Source: Octopus vulgaris (taxonomy: Eukaryota). Taken from it: a stretch of 64,000 nt of DNA. The notes below the pieces were generated by a model. That model was given only the letters and a program-made list of their open reading frames with translations. It was not told the origin of the DNA and ran no database searches. Position 1 is the stretch's first letter. Every line of letters starts with the position of its first letter. Shown here piece by piece: positions 39,181-52,189 of the stretch. Both the position numbers and the translations under genes were made by a program. The DNA is taken from assembly GCA_951406725.2 (NCBI GenBank), contig OX597823.1:101308001-101372000 (forward strand), written 5' to 3'.

Positions 39181-40155
39181 CAAATTTGTTGCTGGAAATG
39201 CATCTAAATTTGAAAACCTTATAATTGTTTTAAAATAAATTTATTTACATATATACCAAACTAGTTTCAACAATATTTTTTGTTTATCAACGGTAAAAAT
39301 TTAGAATTATGAATTAGAAAAACGTGCTTAAAAGTTTCAATGTTGACAAGTTTAAATGTTCATAACTGTCAAAAATATAAAAACTGTGGATCAACTTGTA
39401 CAAATTTCAATTGTGTTAGTAATAGTCGACAAGAAATCAATATCATCAAAGTTTCAGTTATACTGAGTTAAGGGGGAGAAAAACAAAGTAGAAATGAAGA
39501 TAGTAAACAAAGGGATTTGGTTTACAGTTTCTGAGATTCTCTTTCCGTCCTATGCAGGAACTTTCGCTTGTAACGGTGTTCTTTGAAATCCGGTGTATTA
39601 AAAAATTTTTCCCTCGAACGGATCTGATTTTTGATTCGGTAAAGTACTGGTGATGTCTTGTTTTTCTGGTCGTCAAATTTGTCGCTCTGCCTGGTTGGTT
39701 TCCTTGTGGGGAACGGTCATCAGTCGTTCCAGTTGATTGATTCTCTTAAAGGGTCATTTTGTTGTATTTGCTGAAGTTCGGTTTTAATCGGAGGTAAAAT
39801 TTTATTGGTCTAGAGTTAGGTGACGTCGACTTCTGGTGTTTGTATGATGATTTGGAGTTGCGGTTTCGAAACCCGGGTGGGTTACTAAAGTTTTTAAAAA
39901 TCGTTTATTGTACCTAGTTTTTTTTGTAAAGAAATTGAGTCTTTTTTCCTTTTACTCTTTAGTTTTTTCTTCTTTCTAAAGGACTTTCAGCTGTGGTGTA
40001 TATTTTTAATGAATATATATATATATACACACATACAACACACATACATGAGTCGCCATGATTGACCGCTACATTCACAAGTTTTTTTTCTAAAAATTCT
40101 CTCTGTTTATTTCATCGTGTTCTTTTCTGCTTCGTCTTTTGTTTTTCTGTAATTT

Positions 40156-40202
<47 letters not shown>

Positions 40203-40207
<5 letters not shown>

Positions 40208-40677
40208 AAGTAATTTAAGAAAAATAGGGTATAAATACCACTTGATAAAAATTAAAGCCACAGCTTGAAAGAAAACCCACCATAAATATTGTGATAAAGA
40301 TAGACACATGCAATGCAATGAATATTTTTAAAAATAGGCTTACCTCTGAATGGAATACAAAGATAAGTAATGCATATTTCAATACCAATTGATTTCACGC
40401 TTTGCATGATAAACATGCTTTGCGATCTTCAGTCGAAAATAGCATTTAACTTCTATTTCTAAAATATTCCCTACATCAACTTGTGTACGTTTCTAATTTT
40501 AAACGTCACGCTCCGTTTAAAAGAAACTATCATAAACAATAAAAATTTAAATAAAGTAAAGTATTATTGTTACCGTTATATACAGTAATAATGAGATAGC
40601 TAGCGAGTTTCTACCTTTACAAGTATAATATAAAGTAATCTAAGAAAAATAGGGTATAAATACTCCTTGCAAAAAAT
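40203..40677 (-). mobile_element. 425-bp terminally redundant non-coding unit carrying a hammerhead (retrozyme or PLE pLTR-like)
   Basis: atataaagtaat(t/c)taagaaaaatagggtataaatac at 40203 and 40628 (offset 425); abuts (TA)n at 40159-40207. Confidence 0.7.
40377..40438 (-). ncRNA. Type I hammerhead ribozyme motif
   Basis: Minus strand: UUUCGA-CUGAAGA-U CGC aaa GCAUG uuuau CAUGC aaa GCG U-GAAA-UCAAUUGG-UA|UUGAAA. 6-bp stem I, long stem II, near-palindromic stem III, GUA site. Confidence 0.8.
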
Positions 40678-42056
40678 GTGAGCGGATGTGAGCTAGAAGG
40701 TTAAGACATAGTGCGCATGCACAGCAGATGTTAAGGTCAGTCTGTGCCAAGCGAATTCACACTGCGTGCTTTAGTTACTATGGTAACAGTCCGGATACTT
40801 ATTGATCAAACCTCATATATCGTTGCTATTAGGCAAAAGTGTCGTAAGTCCAAAACATTACTTTTTGAGAAAACGAAAAACTAGTTTCATTGTTCCAAAT
40901 CAAAACTGTTGTGCTCTTTGACAAATTTTGATATCTTGGCATCTGAAGCAGTTGGAGATACGATAATTTGACCAAAAGAACCGGCTATTGTAAGTAAAAA
41001 TAAATATTGGAAAAAATCGTATTTGGCCAAATTTGGACATGCGACAGTTTAACATAATAGCAACGATATATATTTATATATTGAAGTAATAGCAGCAGTA
41101 ATTGTAATGCAACTAGTTGTCTGCAGTAATCATTTTTGTTGTCTAAATAAACTGATTGTGACACTAACAAGCCGTCCACTAACCATAATGAGGTACTTTC
41201 TAATTATCAATTTATTTTAAAAAATTAACTCATTATATGTCGTGCTGGCTCACCCACAAACTAAATATTTTATTAACTGACATGTCTATTAAGTAATTTC
41301 CTCAAGCTGACATTTCTTAACTATTTTTCTTTCTTCATTTTATTGTTGTATACATGTAGGTTATGTATTTATAAGAGCTAACGTGGGAATCTCTAATTGG
41401 TCTTCAAAGCACCCAGAAATGGCAACCAAATATATCACCTATTAAAAAACAAACAAAAAAGACATATTGGATTATGTACTCCTGTGCCTGAAATAAATGT
41501 GGGGTCATTGTTGAATCGCATTTGATTATAAGTTCGCTCTATTGTGGTTTACCATGGCAAAACTTATTGTATTATTTGTTTCCCCTTCATTATCTCAATA
41601 TGACTCTCTCTCTCGCACTATTAGGTTTATAGGCATACATACTCACATACATACACAGAAACACACACATATGTATGTATATAAAAGCGGATGAACAAAG
41701 GAAACTCCATCACATTTACTTGGAGCTGTATCTAATAACAGGTCGATTTAGCTCCACATTTCTCTAAGTTTCGAGAGTGCAGGACAAGTTCATGTCATCA
41801 GATATTCTACTTACTACTCACAAAAATTGTAGCCAAGCTTTGTGAATTTTTTTATGCTCGTGGTAACTGGTGTCGCTGATTTATCACACTCCTCAGAATC
41901 TCGACCAACTTAACGCAAAAGACCCGTATGCTTTACCACGAGGAGTATGCAATCAAAGAACTCAAGTTGTTGAGAAAGTAAAAAATCCAAGTAAACTGAA
42001 CTGAGAGGTCGAATACTCTCACCTAGAATCCATTTTAAAAGTTTTTTTCTTTACAA

Positions 42057-43205
42057 ATGTATGTCAATCACAAGAAAACTGTTGTCATGCATCAACCTGC
42101 CCCTGGTAAGCAGTATAGTGTACCAAATATCTATGTGTATGGTAAACGACTTGATGTAGTTGATCAGTTTGTCTACCTGGGAAGCACTATTAATAGATAT
42201 AGCAATTTGGATGATGAAATGCCATATAGAATTAGGAAAGCAAGTGTTGCTTTCGGAAGGCTAGAAAAGTGCCTCTGGAGTCGGCGAGACATATGCAGAA
42301 AGACAAAGATAAAGGTGTACAAGGCATGTGTGCTCCCTTCTCTTCTCTATGCCTGCAAGACGTGGGTCACATATCGATACCACCTTAAACAACTGGAACA
42401 TTTACATCAGATGTGTCTCAGACGGCTCTATGGCATTAAGTGGAAGGACCGCATCAGTGATCTTGAAATATTAGAAGGCTCTCGGTGTGAAAGTATAGAA
42501 GCTCTTGTGTTAAAGCAAAGGCTCAGATGGAGGGGTAATCTAGTCAGGATGAAGGATTCAAGGATGCCAAAACAACTCTTTTATGGAGAGTTAGCTAAAG
42601 GAGAACGACCTCCGCATAAACCCAAAATAGGTATAAGGACTTGCTGAAGGCATCCTTAAGAGATGCTTGCATCTCTCCTGACACATGGGAAGGCATAGCT
42701 ATTGATCGTAGCAGGTAGAGAAGGGACAGCCACTTTTGACAAATCTCGAGTTGCACATGAGAAAGTAAGGAGGGATGTCAGGAAGGGCATCGCTGTTACA
42801 CTTCCAGATGGGAAGGGTCTTCCTTTGATGCTGACATGCAATGTCTGTGCAAGACCCTGCCTTAGTAAAGCTGGATTCAAGAGTCATCTTCGTAGTCATA
42901 AAGCGAGACAGATGAGTGGCAACCTGGCCACTGGTGGTGGTGTAACACACCACAATAATCATATCTGTCGGGCATGTGGAAGAGAGTGTAATTCGGCAGG
43001 AGGACTTAAACGACATGCAAAGGTACATGAAGCCCAGTTACAACTACAGCCGGCTATTACCAGTAAAGGTCTTAGTTGCCAATTCTGTACAAGACATTGT
43101 AGATCTTTGGCTCGGCTAAAAAGTCACATTCGATCACAGCACTAGTAACAGTTAAGCTTCGTGCAATGGCCATACTCGATAACGAGGGGGTAGCTATAAT
43201 AATAA
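42057..43205 (+). mobile_element. 5'-truncated RTE-clade LINE (second family) with three C-terminal C2H2 zinc fingers
   Basis: KKTVVMHQP, FVYLGS, YKACVLPSLLY, RLRW..RM...RMPKQLFYGEL, then three Cx2Cx12Hx3-4H fingers (ORF 42702-43145). 3' stem-loop ctcgataacgag, followed by (GTAT)n. Confidence 0.9.
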
Positions 43206-43506
43206 TGTATGTATGTATGCATGTATTTATGCATGTATGTATGCATGTATGTATGAATGTATGTATGTATGTATGTATGTATGTATGTATGTATGTATGC
43301 ATGTATGTATGTATGTATGTATGTATGTATGCATGTATGTATGTATGTATGTATGTATGTATGTTTGTATGCATGTATGACTATAGTTCTCCCGATCTCG
43401 TTTGCATTCATGAATTCATTTCTAGCTCTCTCTTATTTTATGCTTCTTTTACTTTTATGAATCTCCCTCATAAACGCCCGTTTTTGCACCTCGCTTTGCA
43501 TAGAAA

Positions 43507-44267
43507 TCTACCCACCTACCTACCCACCTACCTACCTACCTACCTACCTACCTACCTACCTACCTACCTACCTACCTACCTACCTACCTACCTACCTACC
43601 TACCTACTTACCTACCTACCTACATACATACATACATACATACATACATACATACCTACCTACATACCTACCTACCTACCTACCTACCTACCTACCTACC
43701 TACCTACCTACCTACCTACCTACATACATACATACATACATACATACATACATACCTACCTACCTACCTACCTACCTACCTACATACATACCTACCTACC
43801 TACATACCTACCTACCTACCTACCTACCTACCTACATACATACATACCTACATACATACATACCTACCTACCTACCTACCTACCTACCTACATACATACC
43901 TACCTACCTACATACCTACCTACCTACCTACCTACCTACATACATACATACCTACCTACCTACTACATACCTACCTACCTACCTACCTACCTACCTACCT
44001 ACATACATACCTACCTACCTACATACCTACCTACCTACCTACCTACCTACATACATACATACCTACCTAAATACCTATCTACCTACCTACCCACCTACCT
44101 ACCTACCCACCTACCTACCTACCTACCCACCTACCTACCTACCCACCTACCTACCTACCCACCCACCTACCTACCTACCTACCTACCTACCTACCTACCT
44201 ACCTACCTACCTACCTACCTATCTATCTATCTACCTACCTACCTACTTATCTACATACATACATACA

Positions 44268-44297
<30 letters not shown>
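43507..44297. repeat. About 0.8 kb compound (CCTA)n/(CATA)n microsatellite
   Basis: Direct reading; source of the 379-aa YLPT ORF. Confidence 0.95.
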
Positions 44298-44298
<1 letters not shown>

Positions 44299-44972
44299 TA
44301 TCTAATGTAATGATTCAGCTACGTTTTCTAATTTCCTGCTTTGGATTTTTTTTTCGTTTACGCATAACCGTATCTCACATCCTGTATATCAAAATATCGA
44401 GCATCCTTCCATTTCCATAACTTGAAATTTCCATGACAATAAACAATAATCTTCATGAGAATAAACAAAAACAAGCAAGATTATCTAAAAGCCATTAATT
44501 GCTAAATGGACCAAACATACATTAAGTTTGAAAAATTGCTATTTAAATATACTCGGTGGCCTACAGGGATCACCCTAATGGCCAATCTGTTGCCTACCTC
44601 TGATCTAATGTTATACTAAGTTCGCGACATTATAATGTTGCCGCATATTACTGGTTACTTCTTTCTTTCCTGCTTGTTGCTTTTTCTTCTTTATCACTCT
44701 TCATCTTCTTTCTTCTTTTCAACTCTTCTCACTCTCTTTTCTATTTCTTTTGTATTTCACTTTCCTTTACACATTTAATCATAGAAAGATCTTTCTCATA
44801 TTTCTTACCAGCTTTTATACTGAAACACTTTCATTTTTTTTTCGACCCTTATATCTAAATACCATAATAATAATTATATTTTAAATGCTTTCATTTTACA
44901 TTATAAGCATTTAAATCTTAGAATAGGCTTAGCTTCGTTTAACCAGAACAGTAATACCGTTATATGCCTATA

Positions 44973-45482
44973 TCTATATATATAAAACTGTAGTTGTGTG
45001 AGTGTCTGTTCCCTTCGATTTAGATTCCTAACTACTCCCACATTTTGCAGTGCAGTTTAACCAAATTCGGGTATCTTATAGTCGTGATTCATATCGAGCC
45101 CGTCTGGGTATTAGCGCGCGTCTACGATGAGTCTACGATTTTAAAAATAATTTATCATTTTTTATTCCATTTTAATGCATAATTTTTTCGTGTGTCGATG
45201 GCGGCGGAGTTGGCGTCCACGCTCACATCTGCACCTGTTTGCTTCTCCCCTTCTTCCCTCCCTCGTGAAGCTGTGGGGAAGGGAGTGTAAGGAAATCAAC
45301 GTCGTAAAGCGTTGTCAAGGAGACCAGCGTTCTTTTAGAACAACGACTTCATGGCTTGAAGACACCAAAACAGAAATGGCTAAGAAAGCCCGAATTGGCA
45401 TCTATAAGGGAAGTAACTCTCTAAAAATGCTTATATAGTTATTTCCCTTACAAACCCGAGCAACGCCGGGCGATACTGCTAG
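44973..45482 (+). mobile_element. Non-autonomous Helitron
   Basis: A|TCTATATATATAAAA 5' end; GC-rich hairpin cccgagcaacgccggg (45455-45470) 8 nt before the terminal CTAG|T; inserted between A and T with no TSD. Confidence 0.88.
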
Positions 45483-45685
45483 TATCATTATAAAACTTCT
45501 AATTATGTTGAAAAGCTTGACTGTGGAACTAAGGGTGACGGCGGTGTAAAGTCTCAGTTCTTCTTCTTCTTCTTCTTCTTCTTCTTCTTCTTCTTCTTCT
45601 TCTTCTTCTTCTCCTTCTTCTTCTTCTTCTCCTCCTCCTTCTCCTCCTCCGTCTCCTCCTCCTCCTGCCAAATAACCTTCCTATC

Positions 45686-45737
<52 letters not shown>

Positions 45738-46270
45738 GAGTGAGAGAGCAGTGCATGCCATCAAAGTGACACTGGGGTAAAAATATACGAAGCCCAGTAT
45801 ACCCATCATGACTACCTGTCTGATAAGGGTACACCAGACAGATGCATCACAACTATATGTGCGCGACATGGTGATCTCATATCAAGATAAACAGCGCATG
45901 ACCTTGCAGGTGGGGCCCGATTAGAATTTTCTTCAGGTCGAGTAACCCATCCCGCTCAAAAGGTCCCTGAATAAGGTTTGTTTAAGGATGATGGACGAAG
46001 TACCCATGTTTCCAAGGGTGAATTATCCAAAGCCCAAAGAATTCCTGTCAACACATGGCTATGATGCTCCCCCACTACTTCTGCCCGTGATCAGAGATTA
46101 ACTTATCATCAGCTACCTGATGCTCAACTGGTTATGGTCAAACGACTGACAAGCAGAATATTTGCTGTAGCCCATCTTTTATACCAAGACAAAACAATGT
46201 ACATGATGACACTTCCAATCAGTTAAGATCAGAAGCTATGAGAGCCACTGTCTGGTACTGCATCAGAGCG
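45738..46270. mobile_element. About 530-bp non-coding insert within an (ATT)n tract, unclassified
   Basis: Complex sequence bounded by (ATT)n at 45688-45737 and 46271-46325; no ORF, no TIR. Confidence 0.6.
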
Positions 46271-48965
46271 TTTATTATAATAATAATAATTATTATTATT
46301 ATCATTATTATTATTATTATTATTAATTTTCATCCTAATACCGAGCATGACGCTGGCTTCAAATGACTCCAACCGTCCTTTTATTTTGGATCGAGTTTAG
46401 TTACCTGTAAAGCTGTCCCACTCTCTGACAGTAAGTAAGGTACAAGGACAGATATTTACCAATTGAGATTATTTTCATTTCTTTTCATTTCACTTCAGCG
46501 ATCTATTTATATATCTATTGAGATATATATATATATTTCTCTATTTTCATAACTATTGATATATCTGTAATCTCACCTACCTACGTATCATCCCTCTGTT
46601 TAAATAACTATCATGTCTACAGTCCCTTCTGTCGATGTATCTATCTATTTATTCTCATAATACCGATAAGTAATTAAATCTAACAAGAAAAAAACAATGA
46701 CTATTAGCTACCGCAGATTTTGGTCTGGAACACGCAAATGATATTTACTAAAGTTATTCTACTTTAATTTACCGATCTTTTAAAGCGTAAAGTTACAGAT
46801 CTTCATGACACTATTTCATTATGTAGAATAATATAAGCCTTTTCCCTCCTCCCCACTCTCTCTAATAATGTAGAACTTTCTTTCTCTCTACTTCGTGTTT
46901 TCCCTTTCTCTTTTTCACTGATTCCACTATTTTCGTTTCGTTTCTTTCTCTTTCTCTCCTTTCTCTCTTATGTGTCCAGGTGCATCCAGGTGAGGTATGG
47001 AGAATCTATTTCACTATTGAACCAAAAATATTTTACATTCGAATATATATGTATATTTATGCTTATATGTATATGTGCGCATATATGTATTTGGGCGCAT
47101 ATATATGCTTATATGAGTGTGTCTTTGTGTGTGGGTTTGGTACCCGCATCAATTGACAACCGATGTTGGTGTGTTTACGTCCCTGTAACTTAGTAGTTCG
47201 GCAAAAGAGACCGATAGAATAAGTACTAGGCGTACAAAGAATAAATCCTGGGGTCGATTTCTTTCACTGCATGGCTGCAGTCAAATTAATGAAACAAGTA
47301 ATATAATAAAAATGTGTGTGTATGTGTGTGTGTGTGTGTGTGTGCGTGCGTGTGCATGCATGCATGCATGTATGTATGTATGTATGTATGTATTTAGAGT
47401 CAAAAGGCGAGAGCTAGAGATGCTTAATATAGAAAACACGTAGCAGTGTTGAAATGATTTGAACTTAAACTCCGAAATCTTAATCGAGGAGTAGGACCTC
47501 AGGGTAAAGAGTGGGAATAAGAGAAATCCAGGTGAGCTAATATGGAGACAATGGTGGGGACACACACGACTAGGAATGATATATATATATAGACATGTGC
47601 TTATACATAGACACATATAGATGCACATAGGTATTTATAGAGAGATATATAAATTCATGTGACTAAATATATTCAAAAGATAAACACATATGTAGAAGCA
47701 TACAGATATTTATATACATATATAGACAAATAAACTTATATAGGGCATAAAATATTGAGGAGAGAATGCATAGTGCATGTGTGTGATCGTATGCAGGTCA
47801 CGAGTACATCAGACAACAATGATTTTGGGTGGTTTACGGTGTGAGCATAGAACCACTTCCAGTTTTCGATAGACAGAGATATGGGGATTAATGAATGGTA
47901 TTATGTAGGTTTTAGCATATCTGTTCCTTATCTTGGATTGTAATGATAGAATGAGATATAAAGAAAAAGAGAGAAAACTGTGGGGAAGGAGAGACAGGGA
48001 GTAGGTGTGATTGATTAGGAGACGAGAGAGAGGGAAAGAAATAAAGAGAGAGCTATAAAGATAAATAAAGAAATAAATAAAGAAAGAAAGAAAGAAAAAG
48101 AGAAAGAAAGAGACAGATAAATTGGTATATACGGAAATGATGAAAGAGAGAGAGTTAGAGATAGATTGTGTCTGTATTTGTCACCTGGCCACCGGTGTTA
48201 GTTTATTTACGTTCATGTAACTTAGCCTTTCGGCAAAAGCCTCTGATAGAATGAGTATCAAACTTGAAGAGAAACACATAAGTACTGTTGCCGATTTGTT
48301 CGACAAAAAAAAAACCTTAAAAAAAAGCTTGAAGGCGGCCCCTCAGCATGGTCGCAGCCCAGTGACTGAAGCATGTAAAAAAAAAAGCAAAAGAAAAGCA
48401 AAGGAGAAAAAGACAAGAATATAATTTGGGATAAATGAGGAGGAAGAGGATGGGGGAGGAGGGGAGGAGTCAACAGAAATGAAGGAAAAGTAGTGAGTGA
48501 AAAAGAGATGGCTACGAAAAGAAAGAGTGAAACGGTGAAACTGTGAAAGAATAGAGTGAAGGAATAGAATGGAGGAAATAAGAAATGAGGCGAAACGAAG
48601 ATAAGAATGTATGTGGGTTCAAGAGATGGGAAAGAGGAGAAAGAGCAAAAGGAAGGAGTGAACTATGTAGAATAGGATAAAATATATCGGAAACCCATTA
48701 AGTCGGGAAGCAAGTAAAAGTAAGATGGGAAAAAATAGAAAAGAATCCGATTTCGATTGAAATTTGTATCAGCTTGCTGTCATTGCTGCAAATTAGCGAT
48801 TATTGTTAGTTGAAGTCCCTGCAATGTACATGGTTCGTCAGCAGAAATTTGAATCGTATTCTACCCACTCATTAATAAGTTGTAATAGTAAAAAAAAGAC
48901 TTCACAATCCCCGTAAGCTATTTGATATAACTAAAATGATGAGTGAGAACTATTTTAAATGTTCT

Positions 48966-49183
48966 CAGTACAGATAAGAGTCAAGACTATTGAAAAGGTT
49001 GCAAGACGCAACGAAAATTTTGGGAAAATAAAAATAAGAAATAAGTGGAAATTTTACTGGTGAGTGTGTTACATTATAAGGCACAAAAAGAAAATGACTC
49101 TCCCCAGACACAACAGAATATGCTTCAACACACAAACTCATATAAAGAATCTTGCAAACCAAATCCAAAAACGCAGTACAGAT
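48966..49183. mobile_element. About 200-bp element bounded by 10-bp direct repeats
   Basis: cagtacagat at 48966 and 49174; internal hairpin gttgc-aagac-gcaac. Confidence 0.45.
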
Positions 49184-50134
49184 GAATTTACTTCGAAAAT
49201 GCATTTGCAGAAGTATTTTAGCTCTGATCAGTATTTTGGTTTTATCTGAGACGGCACACCTTTCTCACATTGGCACACGAACCCACACTTCTATAAGATA
49301 TGAATAATCTACTGATGGTGAAACTATGACTTGCGTATTAACAGGATCATCGTGTGCTACATAAGAACTCATGGTTTATGACTGCTGATACGTAGAGACC
49401 CCGGGAGGGGGCAGAATATAGCTGCTCTTGTGTTACATTTGAGTAGTCTCTCAAAATTCAAAGGGTGATTTTAGATTCTTTTTGAATTTTGAGAGGCGGG
49501 CACGTCTTATCTATAAAATGTCTATAAGAAGTGATGGTGTGGGTTGCCAACACATAAGTTTGGGACCGGAGAAACTACAGAAAGAACCATAAAAATCTGA
49601 CGGGTCCCTTCTTCAAAAACAATCTTAGATTTCTCTCGAATTTTGTGAGACATTATGGAGTTTGATACAGCAGCAATAATCGTTCCAGGTCTGTACACTC
49701 AAATCCTCCCGTTGAGGTTAACTTTGCCGTCCAACCTTTTGAAGCTGATAAAGTGCCAGTCCACTCCTATGATCTGCCGTCTTTCTATTACTTCTTATAA
49801 CTTTCTCTTTTCTCTAAGAAATCTCTAACCAGAAGAGAGATTGTCTCCTCTATATAAAAAAATGTTCAAGTCCCACTGTATGTCACGACAACGTCCCTAG
49901 AACTCAAGCATGGAGTTGAGGACCCAAGGTAAGGTAAGGGATAATCAATACTGCTAGCGTCACCATCCAACTTAATACATCAGTATCCCGACTTCCAATG
50001 GCGCCAGCTGCTCATCCCCATCAGCCACTCCCCTATCCACCACCACAACCAGCACACATCTCTGTATCAAGCGCACCTACTGCTTTAGAGTTGCCACTGT
50101 TTCCATAAATAAAAAGCGAAGTAGTTAGGTAGAC

Positions 50135-50480
<346 letters not shown>

Positions 50481-52189
50481 CAGTATTGTCATTGCCGTGT
50501 GTTGTGATAGCAGAAATGATGGTAACGGTAATTGTGCTAAGAAGAAAGTGCCACACACGAAGAAATTTACGAGGCAAGCTTCCCCCATTGAGCTTCCGAT
50601 AATGACGTCATAAAATGAGTGATTAACGATTACTATGACGTCACAAAATGAGTAATTAACGAATATTTACGAGCTTTGACGCTGGTTTTCTTTTCTTTTC
50701 CTCTCAAGAAGGAAGGCAGTGCTCATAATCCTTCACAAGATGAAAAGTAAAGTAATTCACCTCGGAGAGAAGCAAAGTTGATTTTGATGAAAAGCGAAAG
50801 TGATCTAGGAAAAAGCAATGTTTGTACTGAAAAAGGCAAAGTTGATCTCGAGTAAGCGGATAATTTTCAACTCATATTAAACGAAGTGTTTCGGGCCGAC
50901 TAATTTCTATATCGGCAGATATTTGATAATGTTATCTGTGATTACATTAAACGAATTCCTCTCTAATGTCTGACTGTCAAGATTTGCTCGCTCTCTAAAT
51001 TCCTCCGTCTCTTGTTTTATACCAGCCACATTCGTCTTTCTTTCTCCGAACACCTATGCCATTGCTCTTTCTCTGATTTCAATCACAGAAGTGTACCTAT
51101 GCTAGGCTATCACTGTTGGTTTCCATATTCACTACCAAATGGATTTCTCTCTCTAGGAACTATATGTTCAAGTTACTAATGTGTTGGGTTTTTCTTTGTT
51201 GGAGCACCTATTATATGTCTCACTTCCCAATAGCAATATTAGATCTTTTGTTCCATGTTCCCATATAATTCATCATAGATCACTTTCATTTTAGAAGTCA
51301 TTCTAAAAGTATTTCTTTCTGCTTAATATCAGCAACCAGTAACATTCCAAACAAGACGTTAAATTAATATTCTCAATTTGTGTTAAGTTTTACGAGATTT
51401 TTTCTTCTCTCCCCGATTCACAACTATGACAATTAAAATATGATAATTATACCTCTCGAGTAATCATTTATATCGTTACGCCACGTAAGACATACTTACA
51501 AACATTGTGTGCAAATCTAAGGTGGATTCTGATCAATTTGATATATCGCTGCGTTTAAATTCTACTATAGACACTCATTGTATCTCTGGGCTAGTTTTTC
51601 GGTTTATACAGAGGAATGGATTTCTGAGACGGTAAGAAACAGCTACAAGTGTTACTAGCCGCGCATTGTGTGAAGCGTGGCATAATTTGCATCACTACAC
51701 ATCTAATTTCATTGAATGGTAATGCTAGGTTCAATTCTCTCGGCTGACGTTTCTATCTACTTAAATTTAGCGGAAACCAGTATCGATAAACCAACTCTAT
51801 TGATCCTGGAAGTTTCGCAAAAGATTGACCTTTTTAGAAGTTTAGATTTGGCTGGAATATATATACTTATCTCATTTCTCATCTTCTTAAAACTAATAAG
51901 AAAGAAGCGTTGGACTCAGAGCGCGAAACCTCTTGATGTTTCATGTTAAAGATTATCTATGCTAAAGACGTACGTCATCTCCACTCGAATCAAACCACTA
52001 ACAAAAGACCATTAGCAACATTCTGGCAGCTAAAGTGTTAGCATGTACGAAGAAGCTATTACAAGTGACTACTACTGTATATTAAATTAGTTAAAGTGGG
52101 ATTTAGTGTTTGTTGTCATCGTATTACACAATTTCCTTTGCTCTTCCGTTCTAAAACGTGTCACCCACTTCTCTCACCCACCACCGCTT

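Noticed and set aside
39430-39990. Possible LINE ORF1 remnant on the minus strand
   Set aside because: Strand-biased composition but no motif I can identify.
42702-43145. Host C2H2 zinc-finger gene
   Set aside because: Contiguous with an RTE RT C-terminus and 3' tail, and duplicated with that tail at 29431-29842.
43166-44305. 379-aa ORF, and the many YI/CV/HT-rich ORFs elsewhere
   Set aside because: Microsatellite translation artefacts.
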